NCBI GenBank assembly: GCA_964016885.1
Contig: OZ024743.1
Span: 281,976,001 to 282,040,000, forward strand
Origin: Eledone cirrhosa
Taxonomy: Eukaryota
Direction: 5' to 3'
Length of the DNA: 64,000 nucleotides
Notes under the pieces: generated by a model
Databases searched by the model: none
The model's input: the letters and a program-made list of their open reading frames with translations, nothing else
Told to the model about the DNA's origin: nothing
Shown here: one piece after another, positions 39,866 through 53,000 of the stretch
Layout of the letters: every line of letters begins with the position of its first letter
How positions within the stretch are numbered: the first letter of the stretch is position 1
Program-made: the position numbers and the translations under genes

Positions 39866-40897
39866 GTGATGTTGATGGTAATGATGATGAAGATGATGGG
39901 GCTGATGATAATGATGGTGATGGGTCTGATAAAGATGGTGAGATGATGAAGATGATGATGATGATGAAGGTGGTGATGGTGATGTGGCTGATGAAGATGG
40001 TGATGATGATGATGATGATGTTGAGGCTGATGAAGATGATGATGATGATGATGATGATGATGTTGATGAACTTGACATAAATATACATCTGAAAATAAAG
40101 TTTACCTTAAAAGCTTCTGAGGCATCAGCAGCAGGATCAAAATTATACAAGATAGATCTTTTTTGCCGTTTTATCGCATCACCGGAAGTTTTTGTTTTTT
40201 TTTTCCTTCTATTCTTAGCTTTTCCTTTCTTGTTAATCTTCTTTTTCTTTTGGGTATTTTCCACAACTTCAGGGGACACATCTTCAAGATCGATAGGAAT
40301 ATCTAGTGGTAGCACAAGTGGTAAAGTAGGGCCAGGTGGTGAAGGAGGGCCAATATGATCTGGAAGAAAACAAAATTAATAAAATCTATCTGTGGGACTT
40401 TACTTTGAAGTTTTTTTTCTCCTTTTTTATGGTTTTTGTAGATTTAGATTTTAAATTCTTTAGGATTTACGTAAAGAGATCAAATAAGGTGTAAACATAT
40501 CCAGAGTAGTCTCTAATATTTTGAAAAATGGTTTAAATAATGAAACACGGTTGTGTCAAAGACATGATAACCTCCCTAGTGATGGTGCCATGGTGAAATG
40601 TACTCACCCAACCCTTGCTAGCAAAGAAAACAGGTGTTAAATGAGGATGATAAGGATGATGATGATGATTGACTAATATTGTGTTTTTTCTTCACTGCAT
40701 AACTACACACTCATATATATATATAAGACAGCATATATATGTGAAGGTATGTATATTTCCTCTGATAGTTTGTAAAATGTTTACATAGATCTATATGATA
40801 TACATACCAACACACATATATCCCAGAAACGATCATAAAATGATGAATTTTTTAATATAAGAACCTAGTTCTTTGTTTTTATTCATTATTCTTATCA

Positions 40898-40928
<31 letters not shown>

Positions 40929-42794
40929 ATGCTTCATGGAAGTGAGACCTGGGAAATAATTGCATAGGACCTATGAATATAGAAAAGAAATGAAGCTTTC
41001 ATACATCAATGGATGTGTAATAGTTGTGTGCATGAAAAGCAAAGTGTCAATGATCTGAAAAAGAAACTAGGCATAAGAGGGGTCAGATGCAGTGTACAGG
41101 AGAGGAGATTGCAGTGGTTTTGATACCTGATGTGTATGGAGGATGACAACTGTATAATACGGTGCAGGGCATTCAAAGTCAACAGAAACTAGGGAAGAGG
41201 AAGACTTAGGGATGAAGTGATGAAAGCTGACTTTGCCCAATTAAACCTCACAAAGGAATAGACACAGGATAAAGATCTCTGGAGTCATGTTATACTGCAG
41301 AGGACTCGCCTGCCCATGTGCACAAAATGAAATGAAACACGCATGTAGAGGACACACTTGTCTGCACCAATCCTCTCTTTACCTCTCTCCATTCACTCTT
41401 CCCAGTCTTAATACTCCACCTTTACCAGCTAAATATTTCATGCATCTCATCGATGCTAACTTGCTTACTTCCCCACCAAACACTCACCCCTGACACATCC
41501 ATGCATACAAGCATGAAAGCTGGACATGCTCTACATCAGCAAAAGCTAAATATAGTGGTTAGGAACTTCTCTTTTTGTCTCACTATGGAGAGGGTATCTC
41601 TAGTACTTCTCCCTGGCACAAAACCAAACTGCATCTTATCTAATTTGAATCTTTCCCTAACTGGAATTGCTAAAACTTTTTCAGTCACTTTCATTACCTT
41701 GTCTATTAGTTTTATGCTCCTTTAGTTTTGACCTGGTCCTCTATTCTGTAATCTGGTGGGCACTTAGGAAACTATGAGTAGAAGCTTGTGAGGGAAGTAC
41801 AAGCCATGTACAGAGGTGCTGTCAGCAAGGTTAAAATTAATTACTAGTTTAGTGTACAAATTGAGGTCCACCAAGGCTCCGTTTTTAGCCCTCTTCTGTT
41901 TATTATCGCCCTCCAGGCTATAACATAAGAATTTAAAACAGGATGCCTTTGGAAATTCCTATATGCTATTGACCTAACTCTCATAGCTGAATCCATGACA
42001 GAACTAGAGGAAAAATTCCTGACTTGGAATCAAAAGCATAAATGAACTGAGAGCGAAACTGGGCATAAGTGGTATTAGATACAGTGCGCAGGAAAGGAGA
42101 TTGCATTGGTATGAGAATGTGATGCATATGAAGGATGACAGCTTTATAGAAAGGTGCAGAGTGCTCAAAGTTGATGGTAGCCATGGAGTGGGGAAACCCA
42201 GGAAGATTTGGGATGAGTTGATAAAGGCTGACCTTGCATAATTGCACCTCTCAAAGGCAATGACATAGGATCGAGATCTCTGGCATTATGCAGTAATACA
42301 CAAGACCTACCTTACCATGTGCATGGATTGAATCATAAATTTAGTATGCACCACCTTCCCCTACCTTCCACTCCCCCTTCCATACATCTCCCACGTCCTA
42401 ACACCCCACCCTACACCCATGTCCCTACTTCACCCCTCACTTGATAAGTCTCCCACCCAAGATCTACCTCTCCAATCACCACATGCCCTGCCCACCCCAT
42501 CCCCAGTTTACACTGTAAAGTGATTGTGTTGGTAACATGACAAAAAATGGTCTGTCAACACTGCCAAGTGGTCATGTAGGGATTATGACAAAAAGCACCC
42601 AGCCCACCCTGTAAAATAGTCGTTTTGGTGCCATGATAAAAGGCATCTACACTGTAAATGTGGTTGATGTTAGGAAAGGCAATCAGCTGTAGACCCCAAG
42701 CCAAAATCAGTTCTGTATGAGCATGACAATACATATGTATATGTATATCATCATCATCATCATCATCACCGTTTTACGTCCGTTCTAAAAACGG

Positions 42795-42825
<31 letters not shown>

Positions 42826-42884
42826 ATACATATACATATATATATATATTTATGTACATATATATATATATATATATATATTTA

Positions 42885-42942
<58 letters not shown>

Positions 42943-43968
42943 TAAAGTTGGTCCTTCATCAGTGATCTTCCAACCATCCTCGGTATTTCTTTGCTTTAAA
43001 GATCATATACCTCCGGTTGGTGCGAGCAACGGCTAAAGAAAGTCGTTGGGACACGTAAATAAAGGGAACAGCGAGAGTGTAAACAAACAAAGATGGTGAA
43101 GCAACGAAAAGTGAGGAGGAACAAGTGAAGTCGCAAATTTCCATGAATATAAGTTCGGTGAAATCGTGAACGAGAGAGAATAAAGACCATCAAACCTGGT
43201 TGAAATGTGAGCAAGGAAGTAATTCCACACAGGTCAAACGGGAGGAAGAAGGAGTCTAGTCCATGAATTCGGTGAACGTAAGTTCTGTGAAATCGTAGAC
43301 GAGAGAGAGAAAAAAAGGGGAACTGGCCTGGCCAAGCGTGCGAAAGAAAAGAATTACGCACATATATATATATATAGTGACGAAACATAAGTCAATTGCA
43401 TGAACTCATAATCCTTTATTTACTGCTATATATATTTCAATGATAGCCATTAAATGGCTATGACCTCATCAGGCAGTTAGTCAATTCTTAGATATGCCAG
43501 CTCTGTGTTTATAGTGTTGATGGTATCAGAGCCTTGGGACATATGAGCTTGTTTGGAATAATTTAATGTTGTCAGCAGGAATAGTCTTGATTCTCAAAAA
43601 GCATTCCTGGTAAGATATATATTCAATTAAGGTTAATAGTATGAAATAGATACTACAGGTCATTCTTAAATTGAGGAATTTATGTGGAGTGGTGCTACTG
43701 AAATTTATGGTTAGAGTAGAAAATTTACAAATAAAAAGACTTATGTAGGTTGGCTTGCACTACACTCACACCCACCTCCACAGACACACATACAAAATGT
43801 GGGGTAGTAATACTTAAAATAATGGTTAGAGTCTAATACTTAGATAGTTTAGAAAATTTAGAAATAAAAGGTTTATGCTGGTTGACTTGTACATACACTC
43901 ACACCTACCCCCACAGACACTCACACATCTGCACACACAAATCCATACAGGTGTGTACAAGATGATGA

Positions 43969-44024
<56 letters not shown>

Positions 44025-47000
44025 TATATATATATACACAGAACATACATATATATAAAATATATACATATACAAATATAAAAAATATATAAATACATAA
44101 AATACACACATACATAAAATATACACACACATAAAACATACATACATATATATATAAAATACACATACATATACATCATCATCATCATCATCATTTCATT
44201 TTACGTCCGCTTTTTCCCTGCTTGCAAGGGTGGGACGGGAACTGATTCTGGCTTGATTTCTACAGCTGGATGCCCTTCCTAACACCAACCTCATTTACAG
44301 TGAGTGCTGGGTGCTTTTTTGCCGTGGTGCCTACACGACCACTTTGCAGTGGAATGATATAGACCCCAGTCCCTATCATCTCATTTCTACAGCTGAGTAA
44401 ACTGGAGCAATGTGAAATAAAGTGTCTTGCCCAAGGAAACAACATATCACCCAGTCTGAGAATTGAACTCACAACCTTTCGATTGCAAGGCCAATGTTCT
44501 AACCACTAAGCCATGTGCCTACATATATATATAAAATACACATATATACACATCCTGCACCAGCCAGGTGCTGGACTGGTTTACATTTTTACCCGACAAA
44601 CATAGGACTAGCTTCATACAACTAGACATCAACAATTACTACTCCTCTATCTTGCCCATAGTCCTGAACAAGGCACTCATATTCGCGATGAATAGGACAG
44701 ACCTAACACGCAACGAGGTCCGAATCATACACGCCACCAGAAAGACCCTGATCCGATTCGGTGGAGACATATGGACCCGGAGCGACTGGCCAAATAATTT
44801 TGACATTACAATGGGCTCCAGTGACTCCGCGCAGCTAACGGACTTGGTTGGGATATACATACTCTACGAGATCAGGAGAGAAATACCCAACCTGGGTGGC
44901 GGGCTGTACCGAGACGACGCACTCTTCACCGTAGTGGACCACAGCACCACAATGGTCGGAAATATGAAGAGGAGAATTAGGCACTTCTTTAACAAGGTAG
45001 GACTTAAGGTAGAGATGGAACCCAATAGAAATGTAGTGAATTTCCTGGACACCACCCTCAACCTCAACACCAAGCTACACCACCCATATCATAAACCCAA
45101 TGAGAAGTTGGTGTATATCAACGCTGGGTCCAATCACCCTAGATCTATAGTTAAGGCCGTAGTTAAGAGTGTCTCTGACAGGATCTCTAACTTGTCGGCT
45201 AATAAAGAGATCTTCAATAGTAACGCTGATGACTATAACTCAGCGCTACCTAAGGCGTCCCACAGCCATAGGATCAGCTATAACCCTAAGGGACATGATC
45301 GAGATGACCCAAGGGTACCCTGGACCAATACTCTCAGGGGCATGAGTTGCCCACCTAATACCTTGGTGACCAGTAGTAACACTCCCAGACCCCTATCCAT
45401 CACCACCTCCGGTAGAAGGTCCCGCATACCCTACTGGTCTAATACCTACAATGCTGAAGACCACTGTGCTGCAGAGCATAGGCACCCCTGCACCGGCCCC
45501 ACCACCCGCCGAACCCTAATTGAGCAGGGAGGCCGCACCTCACAGGTTTATAGCCCCACGGTGAGCCCATATAACCCTCATGATAGTGACCGCTCCGCAC
45601 ACCCGAGTGACACCAACCGAGCTCGACCTGAGCTGTGCACAACCACGCAATGGCCCACGGCCGACACCCAACAACCCCGCAAGAATAGGACCAGGAAGGT
45701 CACATGGTATAACCCTCCGTACTCGGTGGGTCTACGTACCAACCTGGCTAGCACATTCTTTAGAGTACTGGATAAATGTTTCCCTAGGGCCCACAAGTAC
45801 CATAAAATATTCAACAGGCACACGGTGAAACTTTCCTACTCAACCACACGCTCCGTAGCCCAGCACATAGCTGGCATAAATAGGAATAGGCTCACTGCAT
45901 CTAATACCACCATAAACCGCGGAACCACCCAACAGAACCAGCACGCGGGACGCAACGGAACCTGGACAGGCCCAACTAGCACACTGGAACCCAACGACCC
46001 TGTGCTGATTGCGGAGGCTACCCAGCCAACCCCAAGTGATGGTAACCACGCGGTACATGTGGTGGGCTTAAGAAGTCATGTAATTGCAGAGACCCATCAC
46101 TATGCCCCCTTAGTAATGAATGCATGACGAAAAACTTGGTCTACAGGTGCAAGGTCACAACCCCTAACTCGGAGCACCACTACATAGGATCCACAGCAAC
46201 GAGCTTCAAAGATCGGTGGTATAACTATCGCCATTCCTTTAACAGAATAGATAAGAGGAAATGTATGGCCCTTTCTGAATTGATCTGGAAGCTCAAACTT
46301 GAAAAGACCCCGCACTCTCTGGTCTGGTCCGTGGTTAGAAAGGTTCCCACAGACAGAGGCGGGTCTGGTATTTGCAACCTCTGTCTTAGTGAGACACTCA
46401 AGATTCTTCATGACGGAACCAAGCTATTAAACAGAAGGGCCGACTTATTCGGTGCCTGCAGACACCTAAGGACGGGAACTTTCCTCAAGCTATATGGATA
46501 AACCCCGGTTACAGCCTCCCACAACGCCCCCCCCCCCCCCTGTAGGTCCACTACACCCCGTACCAATGACCAATGGACAACAACAACCACCCATAGTTTG
46601 TGGTCCCTATGGTGGATGGTCCACCGGATCCTCTACTGGTTAGGAGTCATCTAAACCACGTTTTATTGAACCTGATTTTATATATATATGTATATATATA
46701 TCATGTGTATATATATATATATTTTATATGTGTATATATGTGTATTTTATATATATGTATGTATATATATGTATATATTTTATATATATATGTATATGTA
46801 TGTGTATTTTATATATATATATATATGTATGTTTTATGTGTGTGTATATTTTATGTATGTGTGTATTTTATGTATATATATATTTTTTATATTTTTATAT
46901 GTATATATTTTATATATATGTATGTTCTGTGTATATATATATATTTTATATATATACTTGTGCGTACATACATGCATACATGTATATATATATACACACC

Positions 47001-49998
47001 TGTATGGATTTGTGTGTGTAGATGTGTGAGTGTATGTACAAGTCAACCAGCATAAACCTTTCATTTCTAAATTTTCTAAACTATCTAAGTATTAGACTCT
47101 GACCATTATTTTAATTGGCAGTATCAGTAGAGAGTCGGACGCTATGCTTTCCAGCATAGTTACATCCCTTTACGGTCTGAGTTCAAATTCCGTCGAGGTT
47201 AATTTTGCCTTTCATCCTTACGGGGTCAATAAAATAAAGTACCAGTAATGTACTGGGTAATTGCTGGCCTTGTGCCAAAAGTAGAAACAATTATTTTAAG
47301 TATTACCACCCCACATTTTGTATGTGTGGATGTGTGTGTGTGTCTGTGGAGATGGGTGTGAGTGTAGTGCAAGCCAACCTACATAAGTCTTTTTATTTGT
47401 AAATTTTCTACTCTAACCATAAATTTCAGTAGCACCACTCCACATAAATTCCTCAATTTAAGAATGACCTGTAGTATCTATTTCATACTATTAACCTTAA
47501 TTGAATATATATCTGACCAGGAATGCTTTTTGTGAAAATCAGTCATATGGAACTATTGTCATCTTGCCTGAAGGTTTAAACTTTACAACACCACCTGCCT
47601 CTTTGAGGTCAAATACCAACCCTACTACCATCTACAAACTGACCAATGAGAATCAAGACTATTCCTGCTGACAACATTAAATTATTCCTAACAAGCTCAT
47701 ATGTCCTAAGGGCGGTGGATTGGCAGTATCGGTAAAGGGTCGGACACCATGTGTATTCAACACTATAAACACAGAGCTGGCATATCTAAGAACTGACTAA
47801 CTGCCTGATGAGGTCATAGCCATTCAATGGCTATCATCGAAATATATATAGCAGTAAATAAAGGATTATGAGTTCATGCAATTGACTTATGTTTCGTCAC
47901 TATTATAACTCCAGAACTTATATCTTCGTTGAGTGCTCCCTATCCGCATACTGAAGTACTGGATTTTACCAACACTTACTTTCTTGCTATATATATGTAT
48001 ATATAGAAGACCCAACTTCTCACGGATACAAGTTGAAGCTGAAGCACATAGACAGTATGCCTCCAGCCCCTTCCCACTACAAAGTGGTTGTGTAGGTGTC
48101 ACAACAAAAAGCACCCAGTCCACACTGTAAAGTGGTCGTGTAGGTGCCATGGAAAAAAAGCACCCAGTACTAAATGTAAATGAGGTTGATGTTAGGAAGG
48201 GCATCCAGCTGTAGAAATCAAGCCAAAATCAGTTCCATATGAGTAAGACATGGTCACCTGACCTGACATTGCCCACAGGATAACCCGTCTACCCCATGTT
48301 ACCGTGGAAGAATGGACGTAAAACTGTGATGATGATGATATATATATGTATATATATATATATATATACAGATATAGATATATATCTGTATATATATATA
48401 TACGTCTCGATTCTATGAAGCAGATTTTCCTTCGTAGCATTGAGGCGTATCCGACGGCCGCGCGATTTCAGAGTCAGGTTTGATCACTATATCAATCATG
48501 ACTCAAGCTGGCCGCCCGAGAAACAATTGTAATATGTCCAATAAATTCCTTTCGTCGCAACACTGATTCTCTTTTTTCTGTGATAAAAGATGTAGTGGGA
48601 TCACAGGATTTTCTGTGCATAAAAGATGTAGTGGGATCACAGGTAAGCTAACTAAGAACATAGATTTTACATGTGGCCGGTGTTCTGGTGCAATAAGTAG
48701 CAGCAAGTGCCCACAAAATACTAGCTCTTTCAATTGCGCAGAGGGTTCTATAGAAATAGTAGACAGCTTCCGTTACCTGGGCGATAAAATCAGCAGTGGG
48801 GGAGGGTGCTCTGAAAGTACAGTAGCTAGAGTCAGAACTGGTTGGAAAAAGTTCAGAGAGCTTATACCACTATTAGCTGCTAAAGGGTTCTCCCTAAAAA
48901 TGAAAGGCAGGTTGTACGATGCCTGCATACGAACAGCAATGTTGCATGGCAGTGAGACCTGGGCATTGTGTGCAGAGGATATACGCAGACTAGAGAGGAA
49001 CGAAGCTTGCATGCTCCGCTGGATGTGTAACAGTAATATACGTGAACGGCAAAGCATAAACGAACTAAGGAAAAAATTAGAGATAAGAGGGATCAGATGT
49101 TGTTTACTCGAGAGAAGGCTACATTGGTATGGACACGTGATGCGCATGAAAGTTGATAGCTGTATAACAAAGTGCAGGGCAATAAAGATAGACGGTAGCC
49201 ACGGAATAGGCAGACCTAGAAAAACCTGGGACGAGCTGATAAACTCCGACCTCACACACTTACACCTCTCCAAGACAATGTCACTGGACCGAGACCTTTG
49301 GCGGTACTCAGTAACAGAGAAGACCCGCCTTACCTAAATATATAGTAAAACCTACTCCAGCCAGTAGGCATCTCTAACAAAATACACCCCGTCCCACCAC
49401 CACCACCCCCACCCCATCCACACCACCCCGTTCTATGTAAAGTTATGTTGGTGCCGCGCCATCCAGGCCGAAACAAATGAGATCGTGTAGGTGTCACGAC
49501 AAAAAAAACACACAGTCCACGCTGTAATGTGGCCGTGTAGGCAACACGGTAAAAACCTCCCAGACCCACACTGTAAATGTGGTTGGTGTTAGGAAGGGCA
49601 TCCAGCTGTAGAAAACCCGCCAGACAGTCCACGCTGTAATGTTGCCGTGTAGGCAACACGGTAAAAACCTCCCAGACCCACACTGTAAATGTGGTTGGTG
49701 TTAGGAAGGGCATCCAACTGTAGAAAACCTGCCAGACAGTCCTATGCGAGCAAGACAATCACTCTTGCCTCAAGTGGGACTACCCCCGTCCAAACCCATG
49801 CAAGTGTGGAACACGGACGTTAAACGTTGATGATGATGATGATGATGATGATATATATATATATAAGAAAGGAAAAGTGGTAAGGAACCAGATGGACCAT
49901 AATGCACCAGAGTACTCAATAATTAGGGTAGTAGAGTGGGTAATAGGAAAATGTTTGACCCCGATGGCAGAGCTACTGCCGTCGCGGTCAAACATTTT

Positions 49999-50039
<41 letters not shown>

Positions 50040-53000
50040 GTCGGATCACTCTACAGCGCTACTGGAAACATGTAACCCAGTATAACCTGTGCATGGTCGG
50101 GTCATTGGTGACTAAACCGGCAACCCCAACAAGCTTACATGGTGAGGAGGGTCAATTTGGACATCCTGCAGGATGAAAAACACAACCCGTCAAAGGGCGG
50201 AGAACTCAGAAGAATCAACGGCCATCCATTAAAGTTTGTTTTTTTTGTGAAGCATGAGACTCCTAGTCTTCATTAAAACAACTCTCTAAGGGAAGGTCAC
50301 TCTGATATAAAATATGCAACTTTGTTTGGACCCAATGATGTAGACCAGTTCTTCTTTTGGAGCAAATGCAGTCAATGTTCAGAGTGAGATTGGCCCTGTA
50401 CAAAGCCTTTCTTCACTTAAAAACACTTCAAGCACACATATCACTTGATTTTTGGCAATGCATGGTATTGCTGGCCATAGGTAAATCCATAGCAGGACTA
50501 AAAAGCCAAGTCGGTGATGTCCGTGCTTAAGTATCAAGCGATGACATTACTCAAAATCAAGTTGCAGCCATCATCATATATCTGTATATATATAAAATTA
50601 AGTATATGTGTGTATGTGTCTGTGTATCACCTATAGGGGCCTACATCTTACGACCGATTTTCATGAAACTTTACAGGCTCATAGATTAGTCATCGGGAGG
50701 TGTTTTCTATATATCAGCGTATCGTTTTTTTATTCCGGGGTCATTCTGCAAATAAAAATCGATAGGGGGGGTCACCTTTTTTAGGAATCGATAAATAAGA
50801 TTTTTGGCTCTAGCTCCCACATTTTGCCATCGATTTCATTCAAACTTTAAAGCAAAATAGAATTTATCATTGCACATCCTGTAATGGCTTTATATTTTGC
50901 ATTTGTTGTTCAGGGACGGCGTGGCAGCTGCTTAAATATTCAAAAATACCACTTTTAGACTCAAATTTCCACTTTTTCAGCTTTAGCTCCCACATTAATC
51001 AATCTACTTTGTTCAAATTTTACACTACGCTAGATCTGATTATTTCACGTCTTAAAGTGGCTTTACATTTTGGATCTTTTGTTCAGGAACGGCGTGGCAG
51101 CCACTTAAATATTCTAAAATACCACCTTTTCGCTCAAATTTCCGCCTTTTCAGCCCTAGCTCCCATATTTTTTAACCGATTCCGTTCAAATTCGAAACTT
51201 CGGCTCCACCTCACACATAAATCAATTTATTTTGTTCAACTTTTATACTACGATAGAACCTACCATTGCACATCTTATAGTAGCTTTACACTTTGCATTT
51301 TTTTGTTCAGGGACAGCAACCTATCATTAGCTCCCACATTTTTCAACCAATTTCGTTCAAATTCGAAACTTCGGCTCCACCTCACACATAAATCAATTTA
51401 TTTGGTTCACCTTTTATACTACGATAGAACCTATCATTGCACATCTTATAGATGGTCAAAGGCAAAACGATGGCACTGACGTCGTCTGATCTTTTAGTTG
51501 TGTATTTGAGAATTCATCGATTTCCAATCAAGTAGCATGAGGAAATTTGGCTTAGTATTAGAGGTCATTACCTCCTTCCCCCAGCATGCCCCTTCGTCAG
51601 TCACCCGCGTTTCTCAGTGATAGAGGTCATCACCACCCTCCCCCGTATGGCCTGTGTGTGGCCATAGATGAGTCATTGAGAAACAGTCGCTAAGATCAAC
51701 ACCTTTTCATCAAAGCAGATATTATTTTACTTACCCAGGCAATGCTGGGTAGTATATATATATATCCGGTTGAAATAAGAAACTTTGAGAAATTTTAAAA
51801 TCTGTAATGTGGTCGTCCAAATATAAATGGCAATAATAATAGTTATTCATTATAAATAATTGTTGAGAAAATTGGGTAAAGTTCTCTTGAATATGAAAAA
51901 AATTGGTACTTGCAAGGAATCAAATGCCTGCTGAATACATTAACCTTTATATATCTATGGCGAAGGAAAAATTTCAAATTTTCCCAATATTCCTTAAATC
52001 AACCCATAAGTGAATTGGTTTTAAAATCGGCCTGGGTGACACTAACAGATTGCTGATTGCTGAGCACCAGAGATATATTTTCATGGCTCAACTATGATAC
52101 TTTCCCTCTTCATCTCAATCTTTGTGTAGCATCGATAAACTTCCTAAGCTTTCTTTCTTTTTTAACCAGCCCAGCGGACTACCAAGTATTGCCTCTGTAC
52201 CACATTCAAAATAACAAGTTCATGGGAATATTTCCTGCTGAGAAAATATTTATTGTTATATAAATGAATATGTGAAAGACTTACCTTGATGGCAGAAATT
52301 CCAGTTATCCTTTTGAATTCGAGGCAGATTGTATTTTGATAACTTCTCAAAAATCTACTCAAAAGAATATATTAAGTAGATTCATATGAAACAAAACAAT
52401 GAGTCATTACAATAATATATAGGCATAGCAGTGTGATTAAAGAGTTCACTTCACAATCATTTGGTTTCAAGTTCAGTACCACTGTGTAGCACCTTGGGCA
52501 AGTGTCTTGGCTAATGTCTTGTGAGTGGAATTTGGTAGATGAAAACTGTGTGAAAACCTATCATGTAAGTGTGTGTGTGTGCGTGCACACGCGTGAGTGT
52601 ATGTGCATGTGTGTATGCATATGTGTGTGTGTCTTTGTGTTTACGTTTACTCTTTGCTTATGTGTCGACAAAACAAAACCGATAAAATAAGTACTAGACT
52701 TGAAAAAATAAATACTGGGATTGATATGATTGACTAAATCTCTTCAAAGTGATGCCCTAGTATGACCATAGTCTAACAATTGAAAGAAACAAATGTATAA
52801 TATATATAAAAGGACACAACGTGAGACAAACACAGCCACACAAAAATATGCACACACATACATGAGGCATGTGTATGTGGGTGAGTGTCTTTGTGTATAT
52901 GTATGTATGCATGTATGCACGTATGCATGTAGGAACTCAGGAGAGTCAACAGATTCCAATAAAGCTTTTTTTTTTGTGGAGCAAGCGACTCCTAATCTTC

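Larger units (their letters stand above)
43375..47902 (+). mobile_element. Penelope-like retroelement (Naiad-type), 5'-truncated, with inverted 5' pseudo-LTR
   Basis: RT motifs [55 protein letters not shown]; CNCR....CPL...C linker; GIY-YIG LVY..YIGST..FKDRW.N..SF with CNLCL.E. 43375-44551 is an inverted copy of about 46725-47902. Confidence 0.9.

Noticed and set aside
42945-42970. Hammerhead core (CTGATGAAGGACC on the minus strand)
   Set aside because: Truncated by (TA)n; no stem II partner or GAAA box.
46040-46501. Selenoprotein-type (UGA-recoding) Naiad
   Set aside because: The linker and endonuclease Cys positions are TGT/TGC. The TGA at 46125-46127 is in the shifted frame and is explained by a simple frameshift.
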